Shown: positions 10,901-20,684, counted from the stretch's first letter. The stretch: 64,000 bases of DNA from Marispirochaeta sp. (GCA_963676835.2 CAXXFF010000001.1:288001-352000); one strand, 5' to 3'. Made by a program: numbers and translations. The notes: generated from the letters alone by a model not told the origin.

Positions 10901-12705
10901 ACCGGAAATACCGGAAGAAGTTTGAGATGATAATAGACCTCTTCTCCTTCAGGGGTCTCTATGATACAGGTGTTCAGAAGAGGAGAATCAACAGTCGGAT
11001 CCTCAGGGATCTGCTCGTTCATACCAAGGGTATAACGAATTTCAAAGTCATGGTCCTGAATCGTATATGAAGGCTTAACAGTTGAAACATTATAAACCCG
11101 CCGGTCTTCTATTCCGCGGATAAGCGGGACAACCGGCAGACGTTCATCCAGAAAAATATCCTGCTGAACAATCGCACTGCGGTTTCCGGCTTCGTCTTCG
11201 CTGTAAGCGGAAACTCGATAGCTTGAAAGCAAACCGTCTCTGGGCGAAACAGAAATCGGCAGGGTGTATTCAGCAAAACCGGAATCGCTGCTTTTTGCAT
11301 CGTCCCTGGATGAAAGGGAATAATAGATTCTTCCTTCACCTTCGATAACTGCATTGTTATCGACAAAGCTTATTGAAGGCTCAGACGGAGGGGTTCTGTC
11401 CAGAAAAAAAGAGGTCTCAACCCAGGTGGATATATTTCCCGCCCGGTCTTTACTGGCAAACCGGATTTTTCCATCACAGCTCATACCCCAGGGAACCTGC
11501 AGAGCTTCGCCCTGCCATTCCGGAGAGAGAATGCCTGGCTCGGAGGGGAATGCAGGCAGAAATGCAATCTCGTAAACTGCTGCAGTATCTTCCGGAAGGT
11601 TTAGTTCAAACTCTATATTGTGATCACTTGGTATGGCGGTAACTTCAGGTACTGCGGGCTTTTCAAAATCATATGGAATAAGCCTGACTGCAGTATCACT
11701 TCTCCGCCCGTTTTTACTGTATGCGGCAGCTTTGACAGAAAGCACACCGGTGCCGGAACGTATTTCGGGAGAAAACGGCTTTTCATAGAGTTTAGAGTTG
11801 AGGTCCGGCTCTGTTCCATCCAGGGTATAGCGTACCTGCGCATAATCGGATGCAGTAATTGTAAGTTCGGGACTTCTGCTGTATGGCGCAGAACCTTCCA
11901 CAGCAATAAGCGGTTCTGCGGGATTCCTGGCGTCTATAGCATAAAAGTATCTGTACTGACCTGCACTAAGCTTCTCCTGCTCCAGGAGACGGCATCTGAG
12001 ACTGTAAAATATTATCCCCCCCTGCACAGGATAGAGAGTCACCTGGGCATCGGAATCAAGATCACTGATTACCGGCATCCGTTCATCAAAGGTATAACGC
12101 AGACTTTCCCCGGTCAGACTGAAAGAGAGATGTCCGTCAAACACTCCTGAGGCAACAACAGCAGGAATATCCCTGCCGCCTGAGACAGTATAGCGAACAG
12201 ACTGTATTGAACTTTCAATTCCGCTGCTGCTGCGGGACGCCACCTGCAGGTGAATGCTGCCCCGCTCTTTAATCAATATACCTTCGGTATATTCACGGCC
12301 TTCAGGTCCAAGAGGGTTTCCTCCATCGAGAGTATAAAATATCCGGTCATCTCCGGTTCTGTTTATGTAGAGAAACTGAGGATTAATGAAATCACCGCTG
12401 ACAGGACTTTCCACACTGAAACTCTGATGAGTAACAGCAGCCTCTGTATTTACTGAATACTCCCAGCTTGACATTGAACTGACATTCCCCGCAGCATCTT
12501 TGCGGTATGCAAGCACATGATAGGGCCGCGGAGAAGGTTCAAGAAAAATTGGAGCCCCCGTCCCATTTTTGAGGTGAGCCCGTAATATCACCATTGAGGG
12601 AGTAAAAAAGGAGGTCCGGACGTTCGTCAAAACGGAGTTCCATTCTGCCCGCATAGTGTCCAGGTCGCATATCTGTTTCCGGTTTTGCCGGAGCCTTTTT
12701 ATCAA
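7924..12705 (-). CDS. large surface protein, C-terminal part of a frameshifted gene (Fn3-associated/Ig-like repeats, DUF1565-like region, beta-helix, choice-of-anchor-Q-like end)
   Basis: YTLDG motifs, six DxA/VGN repeats, VYVSDSGND...PFRSIEKAL, SACIDAG...PDIGADEF; true coding probably starts at the frameshift near 12557. Confidence 0.8.
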   Translation of the reverse strand: MIKRLRQNRKQICDLDTMRAEWNSVLTNVRTSFFTPSMVILRAHLKNGTGAPIFLEPSPRPYHVLAYRKDAAGNVSSMSSWEYSVNTEAAVTHQSFSVESPVSGDFINPQFLYINRTGDDRIFYTLDGGNPLGPEGREYTEGILIKERGSIHLQVASRSSSGIESSIQSVRYTVSGGRDIPAVVASGVFDGHLSFSLTGESLRYTFDERMPVISDLDSDAQVTLYPVQGGIIFYSLRCRLLEQEKLSAGQYRYFYAIDARNPAEPLIAVEGSAPYSRSPELTITASDYAQVRYTLDGTEPDLNSKLYEKPFSPEIRSGTGVLSVKAAAYSKNGRRSDTAVRLIPYDFEKPAVPEVTAIPSDHNIEFELNLPEDTAAVYEIAFLPAFPSEPGILSPEWQGEALQVPWGMSCDGKIRFASKDRAGNISTWVETSFFLDRTPPSEPSISFVDNNAVIEGEGRIYYSLSSRDDAKSSDSGFAEYTLPISVSPRDGLLSSYRVSAYSEDEAGNRSAIVQQDIFLDERLPVVPLIRGIEDRRVYNVSTVKPSYTIQDHDFEIRYTLGMNEQIPEDPTVDSPLLNTCIIETPEGEEVYYHLKLLPVFPVRGRIGKVVSYRFSVDRKLPDLPEIIGLPGAGVSKGRVELSLGGIGEDETVYYRLGRKNHNSEETFDSAADPVIEGEVYTAPLIFEPSAGEDVEYSLSIAVTDKAGNRNALEEPLLFRIDRNPPALPFIDGVPVSGVSSNPLRIEIVTPDEVSAEYRLISERELSSNALVPFKQYTGPVSIEGNEKVSTVYQFEYRSKDAAGNFSAETGITTITLDRRTIPQPDAPVVTYAESDGRALLSWPWNSGGELFFRLGSRGDFVQYVTPVSVTLHDQGESLIQYYLEQKSGIRSAMHSMDIRSTAAISAGHLFKGIQNGQTYGGEVSLSPAENSSGSVVRYEAGYNGNNPELKRLSPLFNNKLIFNVPFGTEKVFNLIFGLFTDRNSSVPAKTESLTFTIDRSPPVPPVLTEVINTDVESRFKLIELDSRGELVKYTLREKGVLSGPFSYEGVLSLDTRGKAGEIVEVTAWSVDKVGNESRKDTWSVLLDQDIVYVSDSGNDLYEGTRLRPFRSIEKALITAGVQKKTTIYISAGSYEINRPVEAGGKISLLGGLDKATWEPSGVSLIKTGRYFPENKPLFSFRGTAEIRDIRFGSDRNIESPITGLNSDLIISNVDTLAGSSFRYLLKQERGSTHISDSKLTAGGSNGFFAINRGNLTLENCEISGPGGNDVSLIQLEGGSLQVEHSSLLPSTGERTTAVTAANAYIAVNDSHIYSGSGRRKATVFSVTRGELSIRNSQMENEAGARTSVAVEAAGARLSIENSTVILSGQSGTTGFLLKDSQLDIKYSKVRSGNHPGFVFMLQQENGAVDMQNTTVSIAASGEPVIADVKGGRLTLNHNTILVASDRRSPAGILSKNGTQLFVTNTILSNTGSENGTALSGDSSTSWSIRSSNFGNWSRTAVYGDAECKSPEDLDMLDADPFGGWLNGNIEESPGMTFSDRPFALKESSACIDAGVVTGPSSLDMDGQKRPNPEHGIRPFPDIGADEFYPGDAQ

Positions 12706-13024
12706 TTACCCATCGTCCACCGGCCGCCGGTTCCAGCCCACGGGGCCCGGAAACAAAGAATTGAATTGAATAGCTTCTTTCTTCACCTTTAAGGGCTGTC
12801 AACTTGAGAGGAAACTGATAAGCCACGGCCGCGGCCTGTGTACTTTCCTGAATTTTGTAGTATATATCCCGGCTGCCCTCATATACAGTTAGAACCACAT
12901 CGCCGGAGTATATTCCCGGAGAATCAGAAAGCCTGAGGTCCGTACTGCCCGCAGTCTGACTGAACAGTTGCGCAGAAAATATCAGAAAAATAATAACTGC
13001 CAGACAAACCGGTACTTTTTTCAT
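12539..13024 (-). CDS. N-terminal part (with signal peptide) of the same frameshifted surface protein
   Basis: MKKVPVCLAVIIFLIFSAQLFS signal peptide; PGIY...IYY and IDKKAP Ig-like motifs; ATGA-type junction with the upstream gene; joins downstream ORF if one G is removed. Confidence 0.75.
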   Translation of the reverse strand: MKKVPVCLAVIIFLIFSAQLFSQTAGSTDLRLSDSPGIYSGDVVLTVYEGSRDIYYKIQESTQAAAVAYQFPLKLTALKGEERSYSIQFFVSGPRGLEPAAGGRWVIDKKAPAKPETDMRPGHYAGRMELRFDERPDLLFYSLNGDITGSPQKWDGGSNFS

Positions 13025-13638
13025 AAAAGAGCTGTCTCCAGAGCCTCTTTAAGCTCATCATCTTCGCCGTAATAGTATTTTTCAAGTTCTGAAGCTGTCA
13101 GACCTATCAGTTCGTGACTTGCGTAATGAATCCAGTAGTCATCTTCGGGTTTATGGATTTCGTGTCTTCTACAAAAATAATCTGGCGTAAGGGGAAGCCG
13201 TTCCTCTTCCGTATGGAAGGTGAAATCCTTGTAATCATGGACCGCAATTTTAACATCCGAGCGGGGGATCCCTTTCTGCATGATGATTTCAGCAAGATGA
13301 TTTATGGTTCTGCCGGTATCATAGATATCATCAACAAGCAGTATTCTATCTCCATGACGAAGATATGCCGGATCATAGGTCCAGCCGTCAACCATTACCT
13401 TTGACTGTTCACGGATATCCGTGTACGACCTCGCCACTACTGCAGCGTAAAAAACGGGACGGTCTTTTCTCCTGACAGCCTTGAAATACTCACTGATTAT
13501 GTTGCCCAGGTAAGCGCCGCCCCGGAGAGATACATAGATAACATCCGGAACAAAACCTTCCTTATATATCTTATGGGCAAGTTTTATGGCATTATTGCGC
13601 ATTTCGTTGTATGGAAGAAACTCTTTATTCATTACCAA
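13021..13638 (-). CDS. type I phosphoribosyltransferase
   Basis: SLRGG loop and PRPP-binding ILLVDDIYDTGRT. Confidence 0.9.
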   Translation of the reverse strand: MVMNKEFLPYNEMRNNAIKLAHKIYKEGFVPDVIYVSLRGGAYLGNIISEYFKAVRRKDRPVFYAAVVARSYTDIREQSKVMVDGWTYDPAYLRHGDRILLVDDIYDTGRTINHLAEIIMQKGIPRSDVKIAVHDYKDFTFHTEEERLPLTPDYFCRRHEIHKPEDDYWIHYASHELIGLTASELEKYYYGEDDELKEALETALL

Positions 13639-13642
13639 CCGC

Positions 13643-15049
13643 CTATTCGCTGAGTGTTGTTCCGGGAAAATCTATGGAAACCTGCTCTCCTTCCCTGTTG
13701 ATGGACAGAGTAAAGCCCTGAGACTCCCCGCTTCCCAGTACCCGATAAAAATCAGAAAGGGAGACGATGTCCATATCGCCTGATCCGACAATGATATCTC
13801 CCGCACGAATACCGGCAGTTTCCGCAGGAGATCCCTTATCGACAGACAGCACATAGACACCCTTTTCCGGGCTGGTCTCAATTTCTTTCTTTATCTCCCC
13901 GGTTAAAGGATATAGCCTCAATCCCGGCCAGAAACGGGTAACCTGGGAGCGGATGGTCTCATCGTCGGCCCTTTCGCTTACTGTAATGTTCAGTTCAAGG
14001 CGCTCACCCTTTCGAAGGATTACAAAAGGCGTTGAACTTCCTATGGGAAGATCGCTGACAGACTGAATAAGGTTGTCGGAATTTTCTATAAGCCTTCGGC
14101 CGATCTTGAGAATTATATCTCCCGGGCGGATACCTCCGAGATACGCAGGACTGCCGAGATATACATTAGTTACCACCGCACCGGATACCAGCTCCTCACC
14201 CAGACTTGCAACAAGATCCGGGAGCGGATCATTTATACTGACACCAAGCCAGCCATAGGCAAGACGCCCGGTATCGATAAGCTGGTTAATCACACCTTTA
14301 GCACTGTTTATGGGGATCGCAAATCCAAGTCCGATGCTGCCCCCGGTTGGCGTGGTTATCCATGTATTTATGCCAATAAGCCTTCCCCGCAGATCCACCA
14401 GTGCTCCCCCGGAATTACCCTGGTTAATGGAGGCATCGGTCTGTATGAAATCGGCAATGTCTGTAGGCCCGGAACGGTGCAGCCCCGAGATGAGACCGGA
14501 TGTTACAGTCCCGTTATAACCGAAAGGATTTCCCACAGCGACAACCAGATCACCTATACGAAGATCATCGGAATCACCAAGACTGACCACAGGGAGATCC
14601 TCTCCGGGAGCGGTGAAAGAAACTACCGAGAGATCCCGCCTCGGATCTTTACCGATTACCGCAGCCTCATAGGTACGTCCGTTATGCAGGGTAATACTAA
14701 TTTCATCAGCCTCTCCTACAACATGATTATTGGTTACCACGTAATAGGATTCGTCTATCCTGCGGACGATAACCCCGGATCCAAGCCCCTCGGTGCGGAA
14801 CTCATGTTGCTCCATTTGGCTCTCCCCGCCGGGATCGGGAAAGAAAAAATCCCATCCATCGGAATTCGGTACCTCCTGGGAAAGGATATCTACGGTATTA
14901 ACCTGAACTACCACCTTGAGAGTATCTTCCGCAACATCACGGTAGGTAGACTGCAGAGTAAGCAGTGTAATTCCGGCACATCCGGAAAAAAGTACTGCCG
15001 CCGCAATCAGAAGAAAAATAAGTTTTTTGTAAAACAAAGATCCACCCAT
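13643..15049 (-). CDS. htrA: HtrA/DegP (Do family) serine protease with two PDZ domains, probable lipoprotein
   Basis: GLGSGVI, TNNHVV, DLSVV, QTDASINQGNSGGAL; LFSGC lipobox; AGGAG RBS before ATG 15049. Confidence 0.92.
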   Translation of the reverse strand: MGGSLFYKKLIFLLIAAAVLFSGCAGITLLTLQSTYRDVAEDTLKVVVQVNTVDILSQEVPNSDGWDFFFPDPGGESQMEQHEFRTEGLGSGVIVRRIDESYYVVTNNHVVGEADEISITLHNGRTYEAAVIGKDPRRDLSVVSFTAPGEDLPVVSLGDSDDLRIGDLVVAVGNPFGYNGTVTSGLISGLHRSGPTDIADFIQTDASINQGNSGGALVDLRGRLIGINTWITTPTGGSIGLGFAIPINSAKGVINQLIDTGRLAYGWLGVSINDPLPDLVASLGEELVSGAVVTNVYLGSPAYLGGIRPGDIILKIGRRLIENSDNLIQSVSDLPIGSSTPFVILRKGERLELNITVSERADDETIRSQVTRFWPGLRLYPLTGEIKKEIETSPEKGVYVLSVDKGSPAETAGIRAGDIIVGSGDMDIVSLSDFYRVLGSGESQGFTLSINREGEQVSIDFPGTTLSE

Positions 15050-15111
15050 ACTAAGAAACTCCTGTGGGAAGAGAGGTACTTGTTTCATTGTCGATCGTTA
15101 GCCCCATAATC

Positions 15112-15864
15112 TCAAGTCCCGGAAAGGGTCAGAATCTCTGTATGATCCTCAAGGACAAGTACTGTATGTTCAAAATGGGCAGAGGGCTTCATATCCTGGG
15201 TGATCACGGTCCATTCATCATCAAGAATATCTATTTCATGGGTGCCGATATTTATCATCGGCTCAATTGCCAGCACCATGCCCGGCTTGAGCCGGGGATT
15301 GGGACCCCTGCCGACATAATTGGGAATCTGCGGCTCTTCATGCAGCTCAATACCGGTCCCATGACCGCAGAAGTCACGGACAACCCCAAAGCCTGCTGCA
15401 TCGGCATGATCAAAAACTGCCCGGGAAATATCCTTAACCCGGTTTCCATTTACAGCCTGTGCAATAGCCAGATCAAGGCATTCACGGGTAACTTTTATCA
15501 GATTTTTCTTGTCGCTGCTTATTTTGCCAACCGGCCATGTCATTGCGCGGTCGCTGAAAAAACCATCAAGGATTATCCCCATATCAATGCTGAGAATGTC
15601 ACCTTCCTTCAGTTTCAGATCCCCCGGAATACCATGGATAACCACTTCATTAACTGAGGCGCAAATACTGGCGGGATATCCCATATACCCGAGAAATGCA
15701 GGTTCTCCGCCGGCTTTGCGTATGGCAGTTTCCGCTATCCGATCCAGCTCTGCTGTAGACACCCCGGGGTTTACATGCTGTTCTATCTCGTCAAAAACAT
15801 CAGCAAGAAGATGACACGACTTCCTTATGCCTTCAAGCTGTCTCTGATTCTTTATTCTTATCAT
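15112..15864 (-). CDS. map: methionine aminopeptidase type I
   Basis: SVNEVVIHGIP, D..D metal ligands, GHGTG..LHEEP, AIEPMIN, SAHFEHTV; start moved to ATG 15864. Confidence 0.96.
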   Translation of the reverse strand: MIRIKNQRQLEGIRKSCHLLADVFDEIEQHVNPGVSTAELDRIAETAIRKAGGEPAFLGYMGYPASICASVNEVVIHGIPGDLKLKEGDILSIDMGIILDGFFSDRAMTWPVGKISSDKKNLIKVTRECLDLAIAQAVNGNRVKDISRAVFDHADAAGFGVVRDFCGHGTGIELHEEPQIPNYVGRGPNPRLKPGMVLAIEPMINIGTHEIDILDDEWTVITQDMKPSAHFEHTVLVLEDHTEILTLSGT

Positions 15865-15889
15865 ACAAATCCTTCTTTCTAACGGTAAA

Positions 15890-17524
15890 CTATGGAGTAA
15901 TTGATCTTCTAAGCAGTGCAGCCTTAAGATTACCGGAGTCCAGATCCAGGGCATAATCAAGGCTGCGTTTTCCGTTTTCAATATCACCTATTCCGATTTG
16001 TGCTTCTCCAAGAGCAAGCCACACCATACTTTTTATCTTCGGGGAGACCTTCCCCTTGTTATTTAAATAGATATCGACCTGGTGAAAAGCATCAACAGCA
16101 TGCTCATACTCACCCAGATATATATCGATAAGACCTTTATTATACAAATATTCCCAGGCTCCGGGGTTTTTAAGAAAAGCCTGCTGAAACATCCCGGAAG
16201 CTTCCCGGTAACGTCCTGCGGAAGTAAAAAACAGTCCTTTAACCGCCTGCAAATCCGGCCCCTGGCGTTTTTCCTGACGTGCAGTCAGGAGTTCAAGTCC
16301 TTTTACATCATGCAATCCATACAGTTTCCAGGCGAGCATCAGCGCCAGGGTCTCTCCATATTCTTCATTATGGTAGGCATCCCAGAGAACAGCCTCACTG
16401 CCCTTGCTGCCTGCGCCGTCGGCCATTTCCCTGAGACGCACCGCAGCACGAATATAATCGGGCTGTAAAAGATTCAGACGGGTATAGATTTCTCTGGATT
16501 CCGAATATCTGCCTGATTTGAAATAGCCTTCGCCAAGCTGTTCCATTAAGGCGGTAGAGTCAGGGAAGCATTCAAGTCCCCTCTCCAGGATATCCACTCT
16601 CATTCCTTCATCGAGAAGATAGCTGTTCAGATATGGAATAACCGAAAATTCTGAATCCGCCGAGATTATTTTATTGTATTTCTCTATGGATTCCCGGTAA
16701 TGACCCTGCTCAAAAAGAAACTGAGCCTGGTACAGCAGATATAATGGCCTGAGCTCTGAACTGTCTGCAGCAAGTCGCTGAATAAGGAAAATACCAAAGG
16801 ATGAGTCACCGGCATCGTAGGCAAGCTGAAGAGCAAGTTCGGGATAAATGTTCAACGGTGCATTCTTTATAATTTCCACCCCGCGCTGGATTTCTCCCTG
16901 TTCTGCACAGAGAATGGCAGCGTCAGCCTTAAACTCGGGGATATTCCAGCTGGTGCCCAGCCGGGATAAGGTATCTGCAGACGGTTTTTGTACTGCCTCA
17001 AGCAGGCCTCCCCAGGCATACCCGGTTTCGGCGGCAGCTTCTACAAACTCGTTTCCAGGAGCAGTCCCCATTTCAAGTAATGCCTGGGCATGAATAGACA
17101 AAAAACGCGGGGTGCTTATATAGTCGGCCGCCATTTCCGCTGCCTTCCGGGCCTGACCGTTATTGAGCAGTTCCACCGCATAGACCGCCCAGAACTCCTC
17201 CCGACGGGGAAATATTTCTGCGGCTGCACGGCTGTATTCCAGGAGAAGACTGTACGAGTCGTCCTGTCTGTCGATAGTTCTGCACCGCCGCAGCAGTTGA
17301 AGGTACTGGTAACTGGCGAGCCGGGTATTATCAATTCCGCGGATAGAATCTGCGGCTTCAATTACCCGCCCCTGGTTGATCAGGGTATCCACAGCAAGTA
17401 TTTTGTCTCGAAAAGTGTTATCTGAAGATTTTTTATCCAGCCGTTGAAAAACAGCGATTCCCAGAATAATAATGAAGGGAATGAGAATTAAAGTACGAAG
17501 GATCTTCCCGTCATCTCTTTTCAT
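15890..17524 (-). CDS. membrane-anchored tetratricopeptide repeat protein
   Basis: N-terminal TM helix and TPR-like repeats. Confidence 0.75.
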   Translation of the reverse strand: MKRDDGKILRTLILIPFIIILGIAVFQRLDKKSSDNTFRDKILAVDTLINQGRVIEAADSIRGIDNTRLASYQYLQLLRRCRTIDRQDDSYSLLLEYSRAAAEIFPRREEFWAVYAVELLNNGQARKAAEMAADYISTPRFLSIHAQALLEMGTAPGNEFVEAAAETGYAWGGLLEAVQKPSADTLSRLGTSWNIPEFKADAAILCAEQGEIQRGVEIIKNAPLNIYPELALQLAYDAGDSSFGIFLIQRLAADSSELRPLYLLYQAQFLFEQGHYRESIEKYNKIISADSEFSVIPYLNSYLLDEGMRVDILERGLECFPDSTALMEQLGEGYFKSGRYSESREIYTRLNLLQPDYIRAAVRLREMADGAGSKGSEAVLWDAYHNEEYGETLALMLAWKLYGLHDVKGLELLTARQEKRQGPDLQAVKGLFFTSAGRYREASGMFQQAFLKNPGAWEYLYNKGLIDIYLGEYEHAVDAFHQVDIYLNNKGKVSPKIKSMVWLALGEAQIGIGDIENGKRSLDYALDLDSGNLKAALLRRSITP

Positions 17525-17936
17525 GCCATGATTTTATTATTCCGTCCAGAACACCATTGATAAAGCGGTAGGACTCATCGCTACCGTATATTTTCGCAAT
17601 GTCTATTGCTTCATCGATGGTTACCGTATGGGGAATATCCTTCTGATACTTCAGGGAATATACGCTCATCCGCAGAATAGCAAGGTCAACTTTGCCCACC
17701 CGCTTCAGATCCCAGTGTTCAAGATGATCTTCAATAATTTTATCCACGGCTTCAATATTTTCGATTGTGCCGTTAAGAATATATCTGGCAAAAACCAGTA
17801 CATCTTCATCGTACCGGCTGCGCATATCATCGTCGAGCCAGAGAAAGCTGTTTAAATCTTCTGAACTGTCACGGTTGCTGTCCCAGCTGAACAGTGCCTG
17901 AAATGCCAATACGCGCGCTTTTCTACGGGATCCCAT
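17511..17936 (-). CDS. nusB: transcription antitermination factor NusB
   Basis: SRRKAR, DLAILR, IDEAIDIAK.YG, FINGVLD. Confidence 0.96.
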   Translation of the reverse strand: MGSRRKARVLAFQALFSWDSNRDSSEDLNSFLWLDDDMRSRYDEDVLVFARYILNGTIENIEAVDKIIEDHLEHWDLKRVGKVDLAILRMSVYSLKYQKDIPHTVTIDEAIDIAKIYGSDESYRFINGVLDGIIKSWHEKR

Positions 17937-17939
17937 ATT

Positions 17940-19010
17940 CTACTCAAAAACTCTTATCTCAGCCTGTTCTTTCAGCCTGGCAACAACATTTATATATGCC
18001 TGCCGGAATGCATCCTGCTGGCGTTCATTGATAATCATGCGGCTAAGTGATTCCCTTACCGTCATGCTTGAAGTCGGGTTAATGAGATCGTCCAGTTTCA
18101 GCATCTTTGCATCCCGGTGTTCAAGAACTTTTACTATATGAAACCCGATATTTGATCGCAGTACTTCCGAGATACTTCCAGGTTCCAGAGTAAAAAGCTT
18201 ATTGAAAAAGCTGCTTCCGAAATATGCTTCCGCCCGGGCGTCATCCCTGGCGATATAACCGAATTCTCCTCCGGAATATCTTGATTTGGCGTCGTCGGTG
18301 TATTCTGTTACCACAGATGAAAAATCCGCCCCCCGTTTCATTTCAAGTAAAGCCTGTTCAGCCCTTTCCTGAAGGGATGCATAATCAGCATCACCTTTAT
18401 TTATGGTGGAGATGATAATCTGGCTGAACCGCACAAGTTCGGGGTTAACAAGTTTGGTTGCATTCTTGCTGTATTCAGCCTGTATGTCTGCCTCTGTGGG
18501 AGCCTTGATTGATCCAAGGGTTTCCGCCTGAGTCTGAACCGTATATTTCTGCTGGATAAGCTGTTTACGTATGGAGCCGCGAATTTCTTCCCAGGACATC
18601 CGCGTCTGCTCTTCCATAAGATCCTTAAACCTGTCGACCGCAAGGGATTCGGTTGATTTAAGCTGATTAGCCGCTTTCAACTGTAGCTCAGCTGTTTTTC
18701 TCTGCTTTTCAAGGGCGTTATCTATCTCCGTATCGGTAACATAAACACCGTCCCGCTCTGCTGCCTGCTTAATGAGAATTTCAGCAATCATGGTATCAAG
18801 AACCTGATCTTCCGTCTGCGGAGGAATTGGCAGACCTGCCTGAATCCTGACCTGTTCAGTCTCTTCAAAGCGCTGCTGAAGCTGTTTTTTTGTAATTACT
18901 TCATTGCCGGTTAAATTTACCATAGCAGCGGGTCCATCTAAAGGGGCTGCAGATATTGAAAGTGTGCAGATGCATAGAGCCGACAATAACAAAAAAAGTT
19001 TTTTTGACAT
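17940..19010 (-). CDS. SurA/PrsA-like parvulin peptidyl-prolyl isomerase
   Basis: Signal peptide, SurA N-domain, GGEFGY, S.VLRSNIGFHIVKV. Confidence 0.85.
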   Translation of the reverse strand: MSKKLFLLLSALCICTLSISAAPLDGPAAMVNLTGNEVITKKQLQQRFEETEQVRIQAGLPIPPQTEDQVLDTMIAEILIKQAAERDGVYVTDTEIDNALEKQRKTAELQLKAANQLKSTESLAVDRFKDLMEEQTRMSWEEIRGSIRKQLIQQKYTVQTQAETLGSIKAPTEADIQAEYSKNATKLVNPELVRFSQIIISTINKGDADYASLQERAEQALLEMKRGADFSSVVTEYTDDAKSRYSGGEFGYIARDDARAEAYFGSSFFNKLFTLEPGSISEVLRSNIGFHIVKVLEHRDAKMLKLDDLINPTSSMTVRESLSRMIINERQQDAFRQAYINVVARLKEQAEIRVFE

Positions 19011-19013
19011 ATT

Positions 19014-19445
19014 TTACTCCTGAAAAATATGGAGTCTACTTCCCAGATTCAGGGCTTCATTACAGGTAGACAATATCAGAGAATTTTTAATCAACATTCC
19101 TTCAGATTCCATTAGCGTCATCAGATCAAGCAGCGTTTTCCGCCGGCGCAATCCGGGATTGCTGACAAAAGCACAGCATTTCTTTCCGAGAACGCTGCCA
19201 ACCTGAGAAAGATACTTCTTAAGCTCCGGAGAAACCCGCCCGCCCCAAACGGAATCAGCTGTTGTACCTAAGGCAATATACGAAAACCCGGATAATGACC
19301 GGGTTCTGTCGTTTCGTATATCTATTATCTCCGCAACAAGGCCTTGTTGGCGGACCCCTGCAGCTATAGATTCAGATATTTTACGAAGGCTTGGGTTCTC
19401 GTTGTTCGAAAAGTACGCTACCGCTACCCGCAAACTAATCCTCAA
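19014..19445 (-). CDS. hypothetical flavodoxin-like fold protein
   Basis: VAVAYFS...IAAGV...IALGT...GKKCCAFV alpha/beta pattern. Confidence 0.55.
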   Translation of the reverse strand: MRISLRVAVAYFSNNENPSLRKISESIAAGVRQQGLVAEIIDIRNDRTRSLSGFSYIALGTTADSVWGGRVSPELKKYLSQVGSVLGKKCCAFVSNPGLRRRKTLLDLMTLMESEGMLIKNSLILSTCNEALNLGSRLHIFQE

Positions 19446-19448
19446 GGA

Positions 19449-19479
19449 TTGACTGCGGCCCGGATTCGGGCCGTGTCAA
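19449..19479 (-). terminator. stem-loop downstream of secG
   Basis: TTGAC-T-GCGGCCCG-GATT-CGGGCCGT-GTCAA inverted repeat; weak U tract. Confidence 0.5.
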
Positions 19480-19499
19480 TGTAAATTTGGGCAGAACCC

Positions 19500-19835
19500 T
19501 TATTCTGCTGCAGCATTCTCAGCGGGCGCATCGTTCCACCACTCAGTCTGAGCAGCATCCGCGGCCATTCGGCGGGCAGCACCTTCAACATCACCTTCAC
19601 TCTGGGCAATATTGAACCAGGCAAGAGCAAACGCACTGGACATGAAAACCACAGCAAGTATCGAAGTAAACCGGGTCAGAATGTTACCTGACCGGGAACC
19701 GAAGGCTGTTGAACTTCCTCCGCCCAGCATGCTGCCGAGGCCGTCGCCCTGATCATCCTGAACAAGAACCATAAAAATCAGCAGAAGTGCGCTGATAATA
19801 AAGATAATCAGCAACAGAATCGAAATAATACCCAT
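19500..19835 (-). CDS. secG: preprotein translocase subunit SecG
   Basis: VLVQ...GLGSMLGGGSS.AFG...LTRFTSILA; follows tpiA. Confidence 0.93.
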   Translation of the reverse strand: MGIISILLLIIFIISALLLIFMVLVQDDQGDGLGSMLGGGSSTAFGSRSGNILTRFTSILAVVFMSSAFALAWFNIAQSEGDVEGAARRMAADAAQTEWWNDAPAENAAAE

Positions 19836-19846
19836 TATAAAAGCTC

Positions 19847-20599
19847 CTAGGCGTCAAATTTAACAATGGGTACGAAGGTTTCTGCCTTGAGAGCGGCACC
19901 GCCTACCAGGGCGCCGTCAATATTTTCCATACCCATCAGTTCTTTCGCATTATCCGGCTTAACCGAACCGCCGTACTGAATAACAATCTTTTCAGCGGCG
20001 TCGTTAGAGTATAATGCGGTTATCTTCTCACGTACAGCCCTATGTATCGCATCTGCGTCATCAGGGGTCGCGGTTTTACCTGTTCCAATGGCCCATACAG
20101 GCTCATATGCAATAGTAATCTTTTCCAGCTCCGAAGCACTGATGTCCTTCAGACCGCCTTCAAGCTGCTCTTCTACCACAGCCTCGGCTTTACCGGCCTC
20201 ACGCTGATCGAGAGTCTCCCCTACACAGAGGATAACTTCAAGACCGTGCTTGAGGGCAAGTTTAACCTTGCGGTTGATAAACTCATCGGATTCTCCGTAA
20301 ATGAGCCGGCGTTCCGAGTGTCCAAGAATAACCACTTCAACACCGATATCCTTGAGCATTATTACAGAAACTTCTCCGGTATGTGCGCCGGACTCCTCAT
20401 CGGACATGTTCTGAGCACCAAGCATGATATTGCTGCCTTTAACCGCATCAGCAACCGCTGATAGAGCAGTAAAGGGGGGCACCACCAGAACCCGGTGAGC
20501 AGATCCTGCCGCCTCAGGCTTGAGTGCATTTACCAGTTCCACCGCTTCTGCGATGGTTTTATTCATCTTCCAGTTACCAGCGATAAAATATTTACGCAT
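19847..20599 (-). CDS. tpiA: triosephosphate isomerase
   Basis: AGNWKMN, GHSERR, AYEPVWAIGTG, YGGSV. Confidence 0.98.
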   Translation of the reverse strand: MRKYFIAGNWKMNKTIAEAVELVNALKPEAAGSAHRVLVVPPFTALSAVADAVKGSNIMLGAQNMSDEESGAHTGEVSVIMLKDIGVEVVILGHSERRLIYGESDEFINRKVKLALKHGLEVILCVGETLDQREAGKAEAVVEEQLEGGLKDISASELEKITIAYEPVWAIGTGKTATPDDADAIHRAVREKITALYSNDAAEKIVIQYGGSVKPDNAKELMGMENIDGALVGGAALKAETFVPIVKFDA

Positions 20600-20638
20600 G
20601 ATAGAACCTTCCTGTTATCGTATCGTATTAATAAGATC

Positions 20639-20662
20639 AGTCCCGGCCGCAGGACCGGGACT
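20639..20662 (-). terminator. intercistronic hairpin between pgk and tpiA
   Basis: AGTCCCGG...CCGGGACT inverted repeat. Confidence 0.5.
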
Positions 20663-20684
20663 ATAAAAACCGTTTTACCGTCGG

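Noticed and set aside
15865..15987. Longer N-termini given by the ORF track for map (also ybeY, htrA, murI)
   Set aside because: They mostly overlap upstream genes; downstream starts fit family length and RBS better
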